Part shown: positions 1-10,070 of the stretch, in pieces
Layout of the letters: every line of letters starts with the position of its first letter
How positions within the stretch are numbered: position 1 is the first letter of the stretch
NCBI GenBank assembly: GCA_965213925.1
Contig: OZ243927.1
Span: forward strand, 4,096,001-4,160,000
Direction of reading: 5' to 3'
Source: Trueperaceae bacterium
GTDB taxonomy: Bacteria > Deinococcota > Deinococci > Deinococcales > Trueperaceae
Length of the DNA: 64,000 bases
Notes under the pieces: model-generated
What the model was told of the DNA's origin: nothing
The model's database searches: none
Seen by the model: the letters and a program-made list of their open reading frames with translations, nothing else
Position numbers and translations under genes: made by a program

Positions 1-139
1 TATAGCAAGTATCATTTGGTTTGAGCCAATCTGAGAGGAGAGCGCACGCTCTAGCACGCACTTAGTTGTGATGATACTTTTGCCGGAGGCAAAACTTCGT
101 AAGCGTGATTCAAACTCAGTACTTACGTTAATTGCTATA
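1..139 (+). mobile_element. MITE-like element, family A (TA-TAGCA...TGCTA-TA ends)
   Basis: Begins TATAGCAAGT and ends AATTGCTATA; aligns over its length to the insertion at 41004-41118, with an extra internal hairpin TTTTGCCGGAGGCAAAA. Confidence 0.75.
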
Positions 140-301
140 TTCCTAGCCGTCAGCGATTAGCTTTTAGCTAAAGGCTCACCGCTAAGGACTTTTGCGGGGC
201 GAACTTGCACCAGAGCGTCTGTGACCAGATGCTACCTGCAAGGTGCGCTACACTAAACGTCAGGATTGAGCGAAAACGCAACTAAATCAACGGAGCGTGT
301 T

Positions 302-1297
302 ATGGCGATTCAAGAGTTACCGCAAGAAGAACGAGTGACGACGCAGCATCAGGAGCGAAATCCAGGGACAGGATTGCAACTGGATTGGCTCAGAAACGTG
401 CAGGTGAATAGAAGTGCGGTAGAGCGCCGCGCGTCTACTTTAGCAGGACGACGCAGCATCAAAAAGGAGTGGCAAGCCGCCTGGCTCCTCAAGGCGATAA
501 GCTGCATCGACCTCACGACTTTAGCAGGCGACGACACGCCGGGCAAGGTCAAGCGGCTCTGCGCCAAGGCGCGGCAACCTGTGCGGCAAGACCTTTTGGA
601 CGAACTCGGCGTTGCCGATTTAGGGCTCACCACGGGCGCGGTCTGCGTCTACCACGCGATGGTGCCGACGGCTGTAGAGGCGCTAAAAGGCTCCAACGTC
701 CCCGTCGCCGCCGTCTCGACGGGTTTCCCGGCGGGGCTCTCCCCCTCCCCACAGCGTGTCGCGGAAATTCACGCCTCGAGAGACGCAGGCGCGAGCGAAA
801 TCGACATCGTCATCACCCGCGCGCACGTTTTAACAGGCAACTGGGAAGCCCTGTTCGACGAAGTGACCACCTTCCGCGAAGCCTGCGGCGAGGCGCACAT
901 GAAAGCGATTTTGGCGACGGGCGAACTCGGCACGCTCAGAAACGTCTACAAAGCGTCAATGGTAGCGATGATGGCGGGCGCGGACTTCGTGAAGACCTCT
1001 ACCGGTAAGGAGAGCGAGAACGCGACGTTGCCCGTGAGCCTCGTGATGGTTCGCTCCATTCGCGACTACTTGGAGCGGACAGGCTACAAAATCGGCTTCA
1101 AACCTGCGGGCGGCATCCGCACGGCGAAAGAGGCGCTTTTATGGCTCACGCTGATGAAAGAGGAGTTGGGGCGCGACTGGCTGGAGCCCGAGCTGTTTCG
1201 CTTCGGAGCCTCGAGCCTCTTAGGGGACATCGAGCGGCAGTTGGAGCACTATGTTACGGGGCGTTATTCGGCGTCGTTTCGGCATCCTTTGGCATGA
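302..1297 (+). CDS. deoC: deoxyribose-phosphate aldolase (long type)
   Basis: IDLTTL, EIDIVI, FVKTSTGK, GFKPAGG and RFGASS motifs; ATG 302 follows GGAG (ORF track opens at TTG 266). Confidence 0.95.
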   Translation: MAIQELPQEERVTTQHQERNPGTGLQLDWLRNVQVNRSAVERRASTLAGRRSIKKEWQAAWLLKAISCIDLTTLAGDDTPGKVKRLCAKARQPVRQDLLDELGVADLGLTTGAVCVYHAMVPTAVEALKGSNVPVAAVSTGFPAGLSPSPQRVAEIHASRDAGASEIDIVITRAHVLTGNWEALFDEVTTFREACGEAHMKAILATGELGTLRNVYKASMVAMMAGADFVKTSTGKESENATLPVSLVMVRSIRDYLERTGYKIGFKPAGGIRTAKEALLWLTLMKEELGRDWLEPELFRFGASSLLGDIERQLEHYVTGRYSASFRHPLA

Positions 1298-1320
1298 GTT
1301 TGGAGAATGTGAGGTGAAAA

Positions 1321-1572
1321 ATGACGATAAAAGAGCGTATAATCAAACGTATCGAGAGGTTAGATGAGGGCAAACTGCAAGCCTTAGAAACCCGGCTAGA
1401 CGAAATCACCAAACCCTCGCCCGAAGAGATAGAGCGCCGCTTGGCGGCTTGGCGTGGTATTTACGGCTTGCTCTCTGACCCCGAAGAATACGCTGAGTTC
1501 GAGAAGCACGCCCGCCGCCGTCCCCTCTTCGGTGGACGTACACTTGAGCTAGAACCGGACGAAGAGGGTTGA
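1321..1572 (+). CDS. putative antitoxin of a VapBC-type pair
   Basis: 83 aa, RBS GAGGTG, TTGA overlap with the downstream PIN gene. Confidence 0.7.
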   Translation: MTIKERIIKRIERLDEGKLQALETRLDEITKPSPEEIERRLAAWRGIYGLLSDPEEYAEFEKHARRRPLFGGRTLELEPDEEG

Positions 1573-1970
1573 TATACACACTCGATACCAACGTCATTGC
1601 CGCCCTCTTACGTAGTGAGCAAAAGGTTATAGACGAATTGGAGCAGCGTGTAGCGCAAGGACACAATGTGACGCTCAACGCGCTCAGCTATTTTGAAACG
1701 CGGCGCGGTCTCAAGCTAGAAGCAACTCGGAAGAAGATGCTCTTCGAAGCGCTTTTACAGCAAGCAGCGGTACTCGACCTTGACCGCTTGGCGTTAGATA
1801 TTTCGGCTGACATCTATGGAGACCTCCGCCGCAAAGGAACACCCTTGGAAGACGCCGACATCCTCATCGCAGGTATCGCCCTCGCCAACGACGCTGTACT
1901 CGTCACGCGCAACACCAAGCACTTTGAGCGGGTGGAGGAGCTGAGGCTCGAGAATTGGGAAACGCCGTGA
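1569..1970 (+). CDS. vapC: PIN-domain toxin (VapC family)
   Basis: YTLDTNV, DILIAGIA and LVTRNTKHF PIN motifs. Confidence 0.9.
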   Translation: MIYTLDTNVIAALLRSEQKVIDELEQRVAQGHNVTLNALSYFETRRGLKLEATRKKMLFEALLQQAAVLDLDRLALDISADIYGDLRRKGTPLEDADILIAGIALANDAVLVTRNTKHFERVEELRLENWETP

Positions 1971-2425
1971 CAGAACGCGCTGAGCAAATGAAGATTCTCG
2001 AGCTTCCCGAAACGGACTTCGCAGCATCTTATGAGGTCATGCGCCAGCTCAGGCCCTACCTGACCAAAGAGGTCTACCTAGCGCGGGTTAAAGAAATGAG
2101 GGCTCGAGGCTACCGACTCCTCGCGCTCAAAGTTTACGGAAACATCGCCGTTTTAGCAGGCGTCACCTTCGACCTCAACCTCTACTGGGGTCGTCACCTC
2201 TTCGTCTATGACTTGGTGACAGCGGAAAAGTACCGCTCGCAAGGGTATGGAAAGAGGATGCTTGAGCATATCCACGACTTAGCTCGAGAAGAGGATTGCG
2301 AAGCCGTCGCCCTCAGTTCCAGCTTTCCTCGCGAAGATGCACACCGTTTTTACGAGCGTGAAGTCTATGAGCGTACGGGCTACGTATTTTTGAAGAGGTT
2401 GGCGGATGTTCAGCGCTCAAGTTGA
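1967..2425 (+). CDS. GNAT family N-acetyltransferase
   Basis: DLVTAEKYRSQGYGK acetyl-CoA loop and AHRFYE; GTGA overlap with the vapC stop. Confidence 0.85.
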   Translation: MTERAEQMKILELPETDFAASYEVMRQLRPYLTKEVYLARVKEMRARGYRLLALKVYGNIAVLAGVTFDLNLYWGRHLFVYDLVTAEKYRSQGYGKRMLEHIHDLAREEDCEAVALSSSFPREDAHRFYEREVYERTGYVFLKRLADVQRSS

Positions 2426-2957
2426 CGAGGGGTTGGAGCTTAGGCTTTTAGAATTGCGTCACGCCAAAGCACTTTTCAACCTCGTTGATAAGAACCGCGA
2501 GCACCTCAGCGCCTGGTTTCACGACATGGAGAAAACAGAAACTGTAGAGGACACTAAGAAGGATATCCGAGAGGCATTAGAGCAGTTCGCTAAAGGTGAC
2601 AGCTTCCAATTGGGAGTTTGGTTTAGCGGTGAGTTAGTTGGTGCTATCGGTGCTCAACACATCTCGTCGGTTTTCCGTTTCGCTGAAATTGGCTACTGGC
2701 TCGGTGTAGATTTTGAAGGGCGCGGTATCGCAACGAAGGTATGCCGCTACCTATGCGCATACCTCTTCGAAGAGCGCGACCTCAACCGCATCGAGATACG
2801 CTGTTCGGAGAAAAATACGAAGAGTAAGGCAATTCCCGAACGTTTGGGTTTTACGCTCGAGGGTACCCTGCGGCAGATGGGCTACACCAAAGACGGACTG
2901 ACGGACTACCTCGTTTACGGTCTCCTCAAGGACGAATGGCAGAAAGGTCAACCATGA
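2406..2957 (+). CDS. GNAT acetyltransferase, RimJ/RimL type
   Basis: AEIGYWL..FEGRGIAT and N.KS..IPERLGF.LEG motifs. Confidence 0.9.
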   Translation: MFSAQVDEGLELRLLELRHAKALFNLVDKNREHLSAWFHDMEKTETVEDTKKDIREALEQFAKGDSFQLGVWFSGELVGAIGAQHISSVFRFAEIGYWLGVDFEGRGIATKVCRYLCAYLFEERDLNRIEIRCSEKNTKSKAIPERLGFTLEGTLRQMGYTKDGLTDYLVYGLLKDEWQKGQP

Positions 2958-5368
2958 CAACGAACGCGACAGTAAAGGAAATCTTCGACACGATGGACTA
3001 CGGACCCGCACCCGAAAGCAGCGACACGGCGAACGCTTGGTTAGAGCGCTTTAAGCGCGCCTTCGACCTCTTCATCGGCGGCAAGTTCGTCAAGCCGCGC
3101 TCGGGCGGGCGCTTCGACACGGTGAACCCGGCGAACGCTGAGGTGATTGCGAGCGTCGCACAGGCGGGCGAGAAGGACGTGGACGCGGCGGTCAAGGCGG
3201 CGCGAAAGGCGCAGGGCGAGTGGGCGAAGCTCTCGGGTCATGCGCGGGCAAGGTATTTGTATGCCATTGCGCGGCAGGTGCAGAAACACTCGAGGCTCTT
3301 CTCCGTGTTGGAAACGCTGGATAACGGCAAGCCGCTTCGGGAGACGAGGGATATCGACATACCTCTCGTGGCACGTCACTTCTACCACCACGCGGGCTGG
3401 GCGCAGCTTATGGAAGCTGAACTGCCAGGATACGAGCCCGTAGGCGTCTGCGGGCAGATTATTCCTTGGAACTTTCCGCTTTTGATGCTTTCCTGGAAAG
3501 TTGCACCTGCATTGGCGATGGGCAACACCGTCGTCCTCAAACCTGCCGAATTCACGCCGCTCACGGCGCTGCTGTTTGCTGAAGTGTGCCAAGAGGTCGG
3601 CTTGCCGCCGGGCGTCGTCAACATCGTCACGGGGGATGGGGCGACGGGCGAGCTGATTGTCGGACACACGGATGTGGATAAGATTGCCTTTACCGGCTCC
3701 ACCGAAGTCGGGCGCATCATCCGCGAGAAGACGGCGGGGAGTGGGAAGAAGTTAAGCCTCGAGCTAGGCGGCAAATCTCCTTTTGTCGTGTTCGATGATG
3801 CCGACTTAGACAGCGCTGTCGAAGGCGTCGTGGACGCGATTTGGTTCAACCAAGGACAAGTGTGTTGTGCGGGCTCTCGCCTGCTCGTGCAGGAAAGCGT
3901 AGCGGATAAACTTACGGAAAAGTTGAAAGCGCGGCTCGAGACCCTGCGCGTCGGCGATCCCTTGGATAAAGCGGTAGACATGGGCGCGATTATTGCGCCG
4001 GTGCAACTGCAAAAGATTGAGCAGCTTGTCGAGCAGGGTAAGGCGGAAGGGACAACCTGTCATCAACCCTCCTGGGCGGTGCCGCAAGAGGGATATTTCT
4101 ATCCGCCGACGCTCTTTACCGATGTCGAGCCCGCTTCAGCGCTCGCCCAAGTCGAAATCTTCGGACCCGTCATCGCTCAAATGTCCTTTCGCACGCCTGC
4201 CGAAGCGGTCGAACTCGCCAACAACACGCGCTACGGCTTAGCGGCGTCGGTCTGGACGGAGAACCTCAACCTCGCATTGGACGTTGCGCCGAAGATCAAA
4301 GCGGGCGTGGTGTGGGTGAACTGCACGAATCAGTTCGACGCGGCGGCGGGCTTCGGCGGCTACCGCGAGAGCGGCTTTGGGCGTGAAGGAGGGAAAGAGG
4401 GGCTTTTTGAGTACGTTGTGCCGAGTTGGGAGAAGAAGTTGCCTCTTTACAAGGAGTCGGAAGTTAGAAGTGAGAAGTTAGAAGAAAAACCTCTGGGCGG
4501 CTCCACCAACTTCGGTTTACCCAGTATTGACCGTACCGCGAAGATGTACATCGGCGGCAAGCAGTCGCGGCCTGATTCGGGCTATAGTTACCCGGTTTTA
4601 GGCGCGGACGGCTCGCTTTTAGCAGAGGTCGGGCAAGGCAATCGCAAGGACGTTCGTAATGCGGTGGAGGCGGCGCGCAAAGCCTCAGGATGGAGCAGAG
4701 CCACGGCGCACAACCGCGCTCAAGTCCTTTACTACTTGGCGGAGAATCTAGCAGCGCGCGCCCCAGAGTTCGAAGCGCGACTGGGCGCGATAACGGGCGA
4801 AAGGCGCAAAGGCGCGGCGCAAGAGGTCGAAATATCTATTCAGCGCATCTTCACCTACGCGGCGTGGGCGGATAAATATGACGGCGCGGTTCACGGTGTA
4901 CCCGCGCGCAACGTCACGCTGGCGATGAACGAGCCTCTAGGCATCCTAGGCGTCCTCTGCCCCGACGAAGCGCCCCTTTTAGCCTTTATCTCTTTAGTCA
5001 TCCCAGCCGTCGCGATGGGCAACCGCGTCGTCGTCGTTCCCTCACCGCGCTACCCGCTCGCCGCTACGGACCTCTACCAAGTTTTGGATACCTCGGACGT
5101 GCCCGGCGGTGTTATCAACATCGTCACAGGTGAGCGGGACGCGCTCGCAAAGACGTTAGCGGAGCATGATGAGGTGGCGGGGCTTTGGTACGTGGGCTCG
5201 GCGGCGGGCGGCGAAGAGGTCGAAAGAGCCTCGGCGGGCAACCTCAAACAGACCTGGAGCAATAACGGCAAAAAGCGGAACTGGTCGGACGCGACTCAGG
5301 GCGAAGGTTCCGAATTCTTGCGCCGGGCGGTGCAAGTCAAGAATATTTGGGTGCCGTACGGCGAATAG
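2954..5368 (+). CDS. two-domain aldehyde dehydrogenase (ALDH16-like), partner of DeoC
   Basis: IIPWNFP, FTGSTEVG, LELGGKS and NQGQVCCAG (catalytic Cys) followed by a second degenerate ALDH domain; ATGA overlap at 2954-2957. Confidence 0.92.
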   Translation: MTTNATVKEIFDTMDYGPAPESSDTANAWLERFKRAFDLFIGGKFVKPRSGGRFDTVNPANAEVIASVAQAGEKDVDAAVKAARKAQGEWAKLSGHARARYLYAIARQVQKHSRLFSVLETLDNGKPLRETRDIDIPLVARHFYHHAGWAQLMEAELPGYEPVGVCGQIIPWNFPLLMLSWKVAPALAMGNTVVLKPAEFTPLTALLFAEVCQEVGLPPGVVNIVTGDGATGELIVGHTDVDKIAFTGSTEVGRIIREKTAGSGKKLSLELGGKSPFVVFDDADLDSAVEGVVDAIWFNQGQVCCAGSRLLVQESVADKLTEKLKARLETLRVGDPLDKAVDMGAIIAPVQLQKIEQLVEQGKAEGTTCHQPSWAVPQEGYFYPPTLFTDVEPASALAQVEIFGPVIAQMSFRTPAEAVELANNTRYGLAASVWTENLNLALDVAPKIKAGVVWVNCTNQFDAAAGFGGYRESGFGREGGKEGLFEYVVPSWEKKLPLYKESEVRSEKLEEKPLGGSTNFGLPSIDRTAKMYIGGKQSRPDSGYSYPVLGADGSLLAEVGQGNRKDVRNAVEAARKASGWSRATAHNRAQVLYYLAENLAARAPEFEARLGAITGERRKGAAQEVEISIQRIFTYAAWADKYDGAVHGVPARNVTLAMNEPLGILGVLCPDEAPLLAFISLVIPAVAMGNRVVVVPSPRYPLAATDLYQVLDTSDVPGGVINIVTGERDALAKTLAEHDEVAGLWYVGSAAGGEEVERASAGNLKQTWSNNGKKRNWSDATQGEGSEFLRRAVQVKNIWVPYGE

Positions 5369-5373
5369 TATGC

Positions 5374-5516
5374 AATAGCAGGTATCGTCTGATTTGAAGC
5401 ACTCTCACGGCATAAAACATTGTTTAGCACGCACGTTCGGGAATGAGGTTCCGTTCTCAAGCTCTGCGAGCTGAAATCTGCGCTCATCTATCTCAGTATC
5501 TCGCGGAACCACTTTA
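5374..5516 (+). mobile_element. MITE-like element, family A, diverged copy
   Basis: TAGCAGGTATCGTCTGATTTGA...TAGCACGCACGTTCGGGAATGA...CTCAGTAT, similar to the other copies. Confidence 0.5.
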
Positions 5517-5692
5517 AGTACGTGTGTACTGAGTACAGACTTGCCTCGTAGACGGTGCTTTTGCCTCTACAACTCTCATTTTTGCACTCTCATGAAGTGA
5601 AAATGAATACTGTTGTACTACTTTTTGCGCGCTACATCACATGTGTATGATAGGCTTCCGTATACACTGACATAACGATTGGAGCCTACTTC

Positions 5693-6331
5693 ATGTTGAA
5701 AACAGACAAGAGCAACTTCTTCGGTGTTATGGCAGAAGCGCAGCGGCAGTGGTGGGAGAATTGGTTCGCCTTTGCGCAGGGTGCGAGCGAGAGCAACATG
5801 CGCTTCATTCAGCAGTCCACGCAGTCCGCACTGGACGCGCAGCGGGCGTTTTACCCCGCCATGCCTAAAGCGCCCGAGCACCTCGACACGTTCGGCTCGC
5901 AGATGCTCGTGGACCCGGTCAAGCTCGAGCTAGGTGCGTCTGCCTCTCTGACCAAAACCGTTACCGATGACGACGTGGTGGCGTTTGCGGAAGTCTCTGG
6001 CGACAGAAACCCCGTTCACCTAGACGACGCCTACGCTGCGCAGACCCGCTTCGGCGAGCGCATCGCCCACGGAATGCTCTCGGCAGGCTTTATCTCGGCA
6101 GTTTTAGGGACGAAGCTTCCCGGACCGGGCGCTGTGTACCTCTCGCAAACGCTGAAGTTCCGCGCGCCTGTCACCATCGGCGACGAGATTACGGCGACAG
6201 CGACGGTGGTGAGCGTCAAAGAAGGTAAGCCTATTTTCACCTTAGAGACCGTCTGTACGAACCAGAATGGCGAAAAAGTCTTAGAGGGTGAAGCGGTCAT
6301 CCTTTTTGACCCAGTGATCCCGCAAGCTTAA
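5693..6331 (+). CDS. MaoC/PhaJ-like (R)-enoyl-CoA hydratase with an N-terminal extension
   Basis: FAEVSGDRNPVH..D and RIAHGML hydratase motifs; about 75 aa extra N-terminus. Confidence 0.9.
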   Translation: MLKTDKSNFFGVMAEAQRQWWENWFAFAQGASESNMRFIQQSTQSALDAQRAFYPAMPKAPEHLDTFGSQMLVDPVKLELGASASLTKTVTDDDVVAFAEVSGDRNPVHLDDAYAAQTRFGERIAHGMLSAGFISAVLGTKLPGPGAVYLSQTLKFRAPVTIGDEITATATVVSVKEGKPIFTLETVCTNQNGEKVLEGEAVILFDPVIPQA

Positions 6332-6347
6332 CGTTTTAACAGCGACT

Positions 6348-6388
6348 AAGAAAGCCTCTTCAGCACCACACTGAAGAGGCTTTCTTTT
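6348..6388. terminator. intrinsic terminator, probably bidirectional
   Basis: AAGAAAGCCTCTTCAG-loop-CTGAAGAGGCTTTCTTTT between convergent genes. Confidence 0.85.
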
Positions 6389-6433
6389 ACCCAAATGATC
6401 CTGTTTCTAAGGACGGTTCAAGGCGAACTGAGG

Positions 6434-9430
6434 TCAATCTGCCGCCTCTTGCGGCTGCTCCTCTAACGCTTCTGCCATCAACTCCGCGATGTGCTTCGAG
6501 CGCTTACCCGTCCCGTCTTTAATCTGATGCCGACAACTGAACCCGCACGCCGCCACCTCGCCCTCGTGATGGCGCACCGCCGGGAAGAGCCGCTGCTCGC
6601 CGATTTGCATGGATACGTCAAAGTGGTTGTAGCCGAACGAGCCCGCCATGCCGCAGCAGCCTGAGTCCACCTCGTGCACATTCTCAGAGAGCCACTCTAA
6701 GACAGACTTGCTGGCACTCGAGCCGATGACCGCCTTTTGCTGGCAGTGGGCGTGCAGCATGATGGGCGTGCCGTTTTTGTGAAAGGCTTTCTGGGGCTCG
6801 AGCTTGCCCTTTGTCCACTCTTTCGCCAAGAATTCATCCAACATCTTGACATTATCGCCAACCGCGTCGGTATCTTCACCCGGAATGAGGTCGCGGTAGT
6901 CGTCGCTAAACGCCGTGACGCACGAAGGCTCTAAGCCGACGACGGGTACATCTCTATCCACGTAAGGTCTAAGCGCCGCCACGTTCTTCTTCGCTAACTT
7001 CTTCGCGTCGCGCAAGAGCCCCTTGGAGAGTTGTGGGCGTCCGCAGCAGCCGTAGCTCACGTGCTCGACGTTATAGCCAAGCGTTTCTAAAACTTTTGTC
7101 GCCGCCACGCCGACTTCGGGCTCGTTATACATCGTCCAGGTGTCGGCGAAGAGCGCGACGGTAGGTCTCTCTTCGCCCTCTAAATTTTTCGCCGCCTCGG
7201 ATAACCCGTTCCGGTTCCGCTTGACCCACTGGTGAAAGGATTCGTGTGCGTACTCGGGCATCACGCGGCGCTTGTCCACGCCCACCGTTTTCTCCGCCAA
7301 CCAACGCACCGGCTTGAGGGGCAGCATCGCGTTGGCAATGGGCGCTAGGGCGCGTCCGATCGGCGCAACCGTCGCAGCGTTACCCAACGCTCGCGCCGCG
7401 ACGGGTGTGCCGTGCTCGTCGTAGTAATGCTGCAAAAACTCGTACTTGATCTTTGCCATGTCCACCTGGCTCGGGCACTCTGACTTGCAGGCTTTACAGC
7501 TCAAACAGAGGTCCAAAGCGTCGTAGACCTCTTGACTTGCCAGACCGCCCGAAAGCCGCCCGTTCATCGCGTCGCGCAACAAGTTGGCGCGTCCGCGCGT
7601 GGAGTGGTCCTCGTCGCGCGTGACCATGAACGACGGGCACATCGTCCCCGTGGTGGTCTTGCGGCAGTGCCCGACGCCCGTGCACGCTTCGATCGCGCCC
7701 ATGAAACCACCGTCCGAGGAGAAGTCGAAGTGCGTATCTACCTGTTGCACGTTGTAGGGCGTGCCGTAGCGCAGGTTCTCCGTCATCGGCGGCGCGTCGA
7801 CAATTTTGCCAGGGTTCATGAGGTTGTTCGGGTCGAAGGCGCGTTTGATGTTGCGGAAGTCCTCGTACAAGGTCTCGCCGAAGAGGTTTTTGTTCTGATA
7901 CGAGCGGATGAGCCCGTCGCCGTGTTCACCGGACCAGGAGCCGCCGTACTTTTTAACCAACTCGAAGGTCTCTTCGCTGATCTTTTGGAACGTCTCGATG
8001 CCCTCGTCCGTCTTGAGGTCTAAGTGCGGTCTGATGTGGATGACGCCCACCGATGCGTGCGCGTAGATGACCGCTTTCACGTCGTACTTCTCGCAGACCG
8101 CCAAGACCTCGGGGATGTAGTCAGCGAGGTGTTCGACGGGGATGGAGGAGTCCTCGATGAAAGGCGTCGGCTTGTGGCGTCCCTTGACGGTGGCGTAGAT
8201 GCCTAAGCCGCCTTTGCGGAACTCCCAAGCGTTCTTCTGCTCCTCGTGCCCGTAAGCGACGTGGGTGTGGTAGACGAGGTCTTTGACGTTGGGGTCGTCC
8301 TCTAAGCCCTCGACGCCTTTCAGCATCTCCTCCTCGGTCTGACCGTCGAACTCCACCATCAAGACGGCGGCGGGCTCGCCCTCGAGCCACCCCAACAGCG
8401 GTCTCAGCGCCGGGTTTTGCTTGCCCAACTCAAAGAGGTGATCATCCAAGATTTCCACCGCAGCCGGGTTGTGTTTGTTGATGTGTTGCACCGCGCTGAG
8501 CGCGTTGACGAGCGAGTCGAAATGCAGGAGCGCTAAGCACTTGTGTTTGGGGTTGGGCTCGAGCTGAATCGTCACGTCCAAGATGATGGCGAGCGTGCCT
8601 TCCGAGCCTGCGACGAGCTTGGCGAGGTTGAAGGGCTGACCTTCGGTGAACTCGTCCAAGTTATAGCCGCCGACGCGCCGCATCACCTTGGGGAAACGCT
8701 CTTTGATGAGGTCTTTGTGCTCGGTCACGACGTGATGGACAGTGCGGTAGATGTCACCTTCGACGCCGTCTAAGGACTTTTTGGTCTCGAGTTCGTCCGC
8801 CGAGACCTCTTTAATCTCCGTGATCGTCCCGTCCGCGAGCATGACCGTCATCGCGATGGTCGCGTCCACCGACTTGCCGTACTTGATGCTCCTCGTCCCC
8901 GCCGAGTTGTTCGCCACCATGCCGCCGATGTTCGAGCGCGAGGTCGTCGACACGTCGGGCGTGAACTGCAAGTTGTCCGAGGCGATCGCCGTGTTGAGGT
9001 TGTCGCGAATCACACCCGGCTGCACCTTGACCCAGCGCTCCTCGGGGTTGTACTCCAAGACCTTGTCCATGTACTTGGAAAAGTCGATGACGATGGCTTC
9101 ACCCACCGTCTGCCCCGCTAAGCTCGTGCCGCCGCCGCGCGGCAAAACAGGCAAGCCGTACTGATTTGCCACTTCGACGACGTGCTTGACATCTTCAACC
9201 GTTTTCGGCAGCACGACGCCATGCGGTTTAATTTCGTAGGGGCTGGCGTCCGTTGCCCAGAGGATGCGCGCAGCTTCGTCGAAGCGCACCTCACCCTCGA
9301 CTTTCCACTTGAGTTCGTTCTCGACTTTGCGCAAGAGGTCGGGGTCAGCAGGGGGTGGCGTGCCAGAAGCGCTGTTTACGTTGTACGCCGAGTTATACGG
9401 GGGTTCGGACTTAACGGCAGTGTCACTCAT
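6434..9430 (-). CDS. FAD-linked oxidase / (Fe-S)-binding oxidoreductase fusion (GlcD+GlpC, YdiJ-like)
   Basis: PRGGGTSLAGQ, GEHGDG, CLSCKACKSECP and CCG motifs. Confidence 0.9.
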   Translation of the reverse strand: MSDTAVKSEPPYNSAYNVNSASGTPPPADPDLLRKVENELKWKVEGEVRFDEAARILWATDASPYEIKPHGVVLPKTVEDVKHVVEVANQYGLPVLPRGGGTSLAGQTVGEAIVIDFSKYMDKVLEYNPEERWVKVQPGVIRDNLNTAIASDNLQFTPDVSTTSRSNIGGMVANNSAGTRSIKYGKSVDATIAMTVMLADGTITEIKEVSADELETKKSLDGVEGDIYRTVHHVVTEHKDLIKERFPKVMRRVGGYNLDEFTEGQPFNLAKLVAGSEGTLAIILDVTIQLEPNPKHKCLALLHFDSLVNALSAVQHINKHNPAAVEILDDHLFELGKQNPALRPLLGWLEGEPAAVLMVEFDGQTEEEMLKGVEGLEDDPNVKDLVYHTHVAYGHEEQKNAWEFRKGGLGIYATVKGRHKPTPFIEDSSIPVEHLADYIPEVLAVCEKYDVKAVIYAHASVGVIHIRPHLDLKTDEGIETFQKISEETFELVKKYGGSWSGEHGDGLIRSYQNKNLFGETLYEDFRNIKRAFDPNNLMNPGKIVDAPPMTENLRYGTPYNVQQVDTHFDFSSDGGFMGAIEACTGVGHCRKTTTGTMCPSFMVTRDEDHSTRGRANLLRDAMNGRLSGGLASQEVYDALDLCLSCKACKSECPSQVDMAKIKYEFLQHYYDEHGTPVAARALGNAATVAPIGRALAPIANAMLPLKPVRWLAEKTVGVDKRRVMPEYAHESFHQWVKRNRNGLSEAAKNLEGEERPTVALFADTWTMYNEPEVGVAATKVLETLGYNVEHVSYGCCGRPQLSKGLLRDAKKLAKKNVAALRPYVDRDVPVVGLEPSCVTAFSDDYRDLIPGEDTDAVGDNVKMLDEFLAKEWTKGKLEPQKAFHKNGTPIMLHAHCQQKAVIGSSASKSVLEWLSENVHEVDSGCCGMAGSFGYNHFDVSMQIGEQRLFPAVRHHEGEVAACGFSCRHQIKDGTGKRSKHIAELMAEALEEQPQEAAD

Positions 9431-9633
9431 GCTTCATTATGGCATATTTAAGAGGTGGGAAAAAGCGATTGGAGGGCACGAAGTCGGGGTTTGAACCTCT
9501 TTATGGGGTCTTTTGCGACATTCTGCGCTTACGTCTCATTCATTCTATGTTGCAGCGGTTTGCATGTCTTATGGTCTTTCTTTTGCAACCTCTTATCTTT
9601 ATTACTCGAGCCTCAACAGCTACAGAGACAAAT

Positions 9634-9668
9634 CTAAAGTTGACTTTAAGTTTACATACTTGTATAGT
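9634..9668 (+). promoter_or_regulatory. merR promoter with overlapping palindromic operator
   Basis: TTGACT (9640) 17 bp TATAGT (9663); palindrome TAAAGT-TG-ACTTTA; a related site lies at 10092-10112. Confidence 0.6.
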
Positions 9669-9674
9669 GTGTTC

Positions 9675-10070
9675 ATGCCTGACCTCATGCGCATCGGCGA
9701 ACTTGCCGAGCGCACCCATACCCCACCCGAAACGATTCGCTACTACGAACGGTTGAAGCTGTTGGGACCAACCCAGCGCGAAGGGAAAGGTCATCGCCAC
9801 TACGATGAGGTCGCCGTCAGACGCCTCAATAAGATCAGCTTCTTGAAACAGCTTGGGCTTTCGCTAGAGGAGATCGGCGAGGTGATTGACCTCTATTTTG
9901 AAGACGCACAGGGGCTTAGAGGTAAAAAGCGTGTGCTGGACATTCTCAGGGAGCATCGGCAAGGGGCGACGCAAAAGCTCAGCGCACTTCAGGCGTTTGT
10001 TGACGAACTGGACGAAAACATCGAGCGCACCGAAAGGTTGGTGGAAAACTTGGAACATCGCAGCGAGTAA
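9675..10070 (+). CDS. MerR family transcriptional regulator
   Basis: MRIGELAE...ETIRYYE..L HTH and LG.SLEEI; ATG 9675 lies 6 nt after a -10 box. Confidence 0.9.
   Translation: MPDLMRIGELAERTHTPPETIRYYERLKLLGPTQREGKGHRHYDEVAVRRLNKISFLKQLGLSLEEIGEVIDLYFEDAQGLRGKKRVLDILREHRQGATQKLSALQAFVDELDENIERTERLVENLEHRSE

Noticed and set aside
9513..9674. N-terminal extension of MerR (likewise 48329-48529 for CDF1 and 35449-35520 for the thioesterase)
   Set aside because: The extensions run through promoters, an antisense gene or repeats; better starts exist downstream
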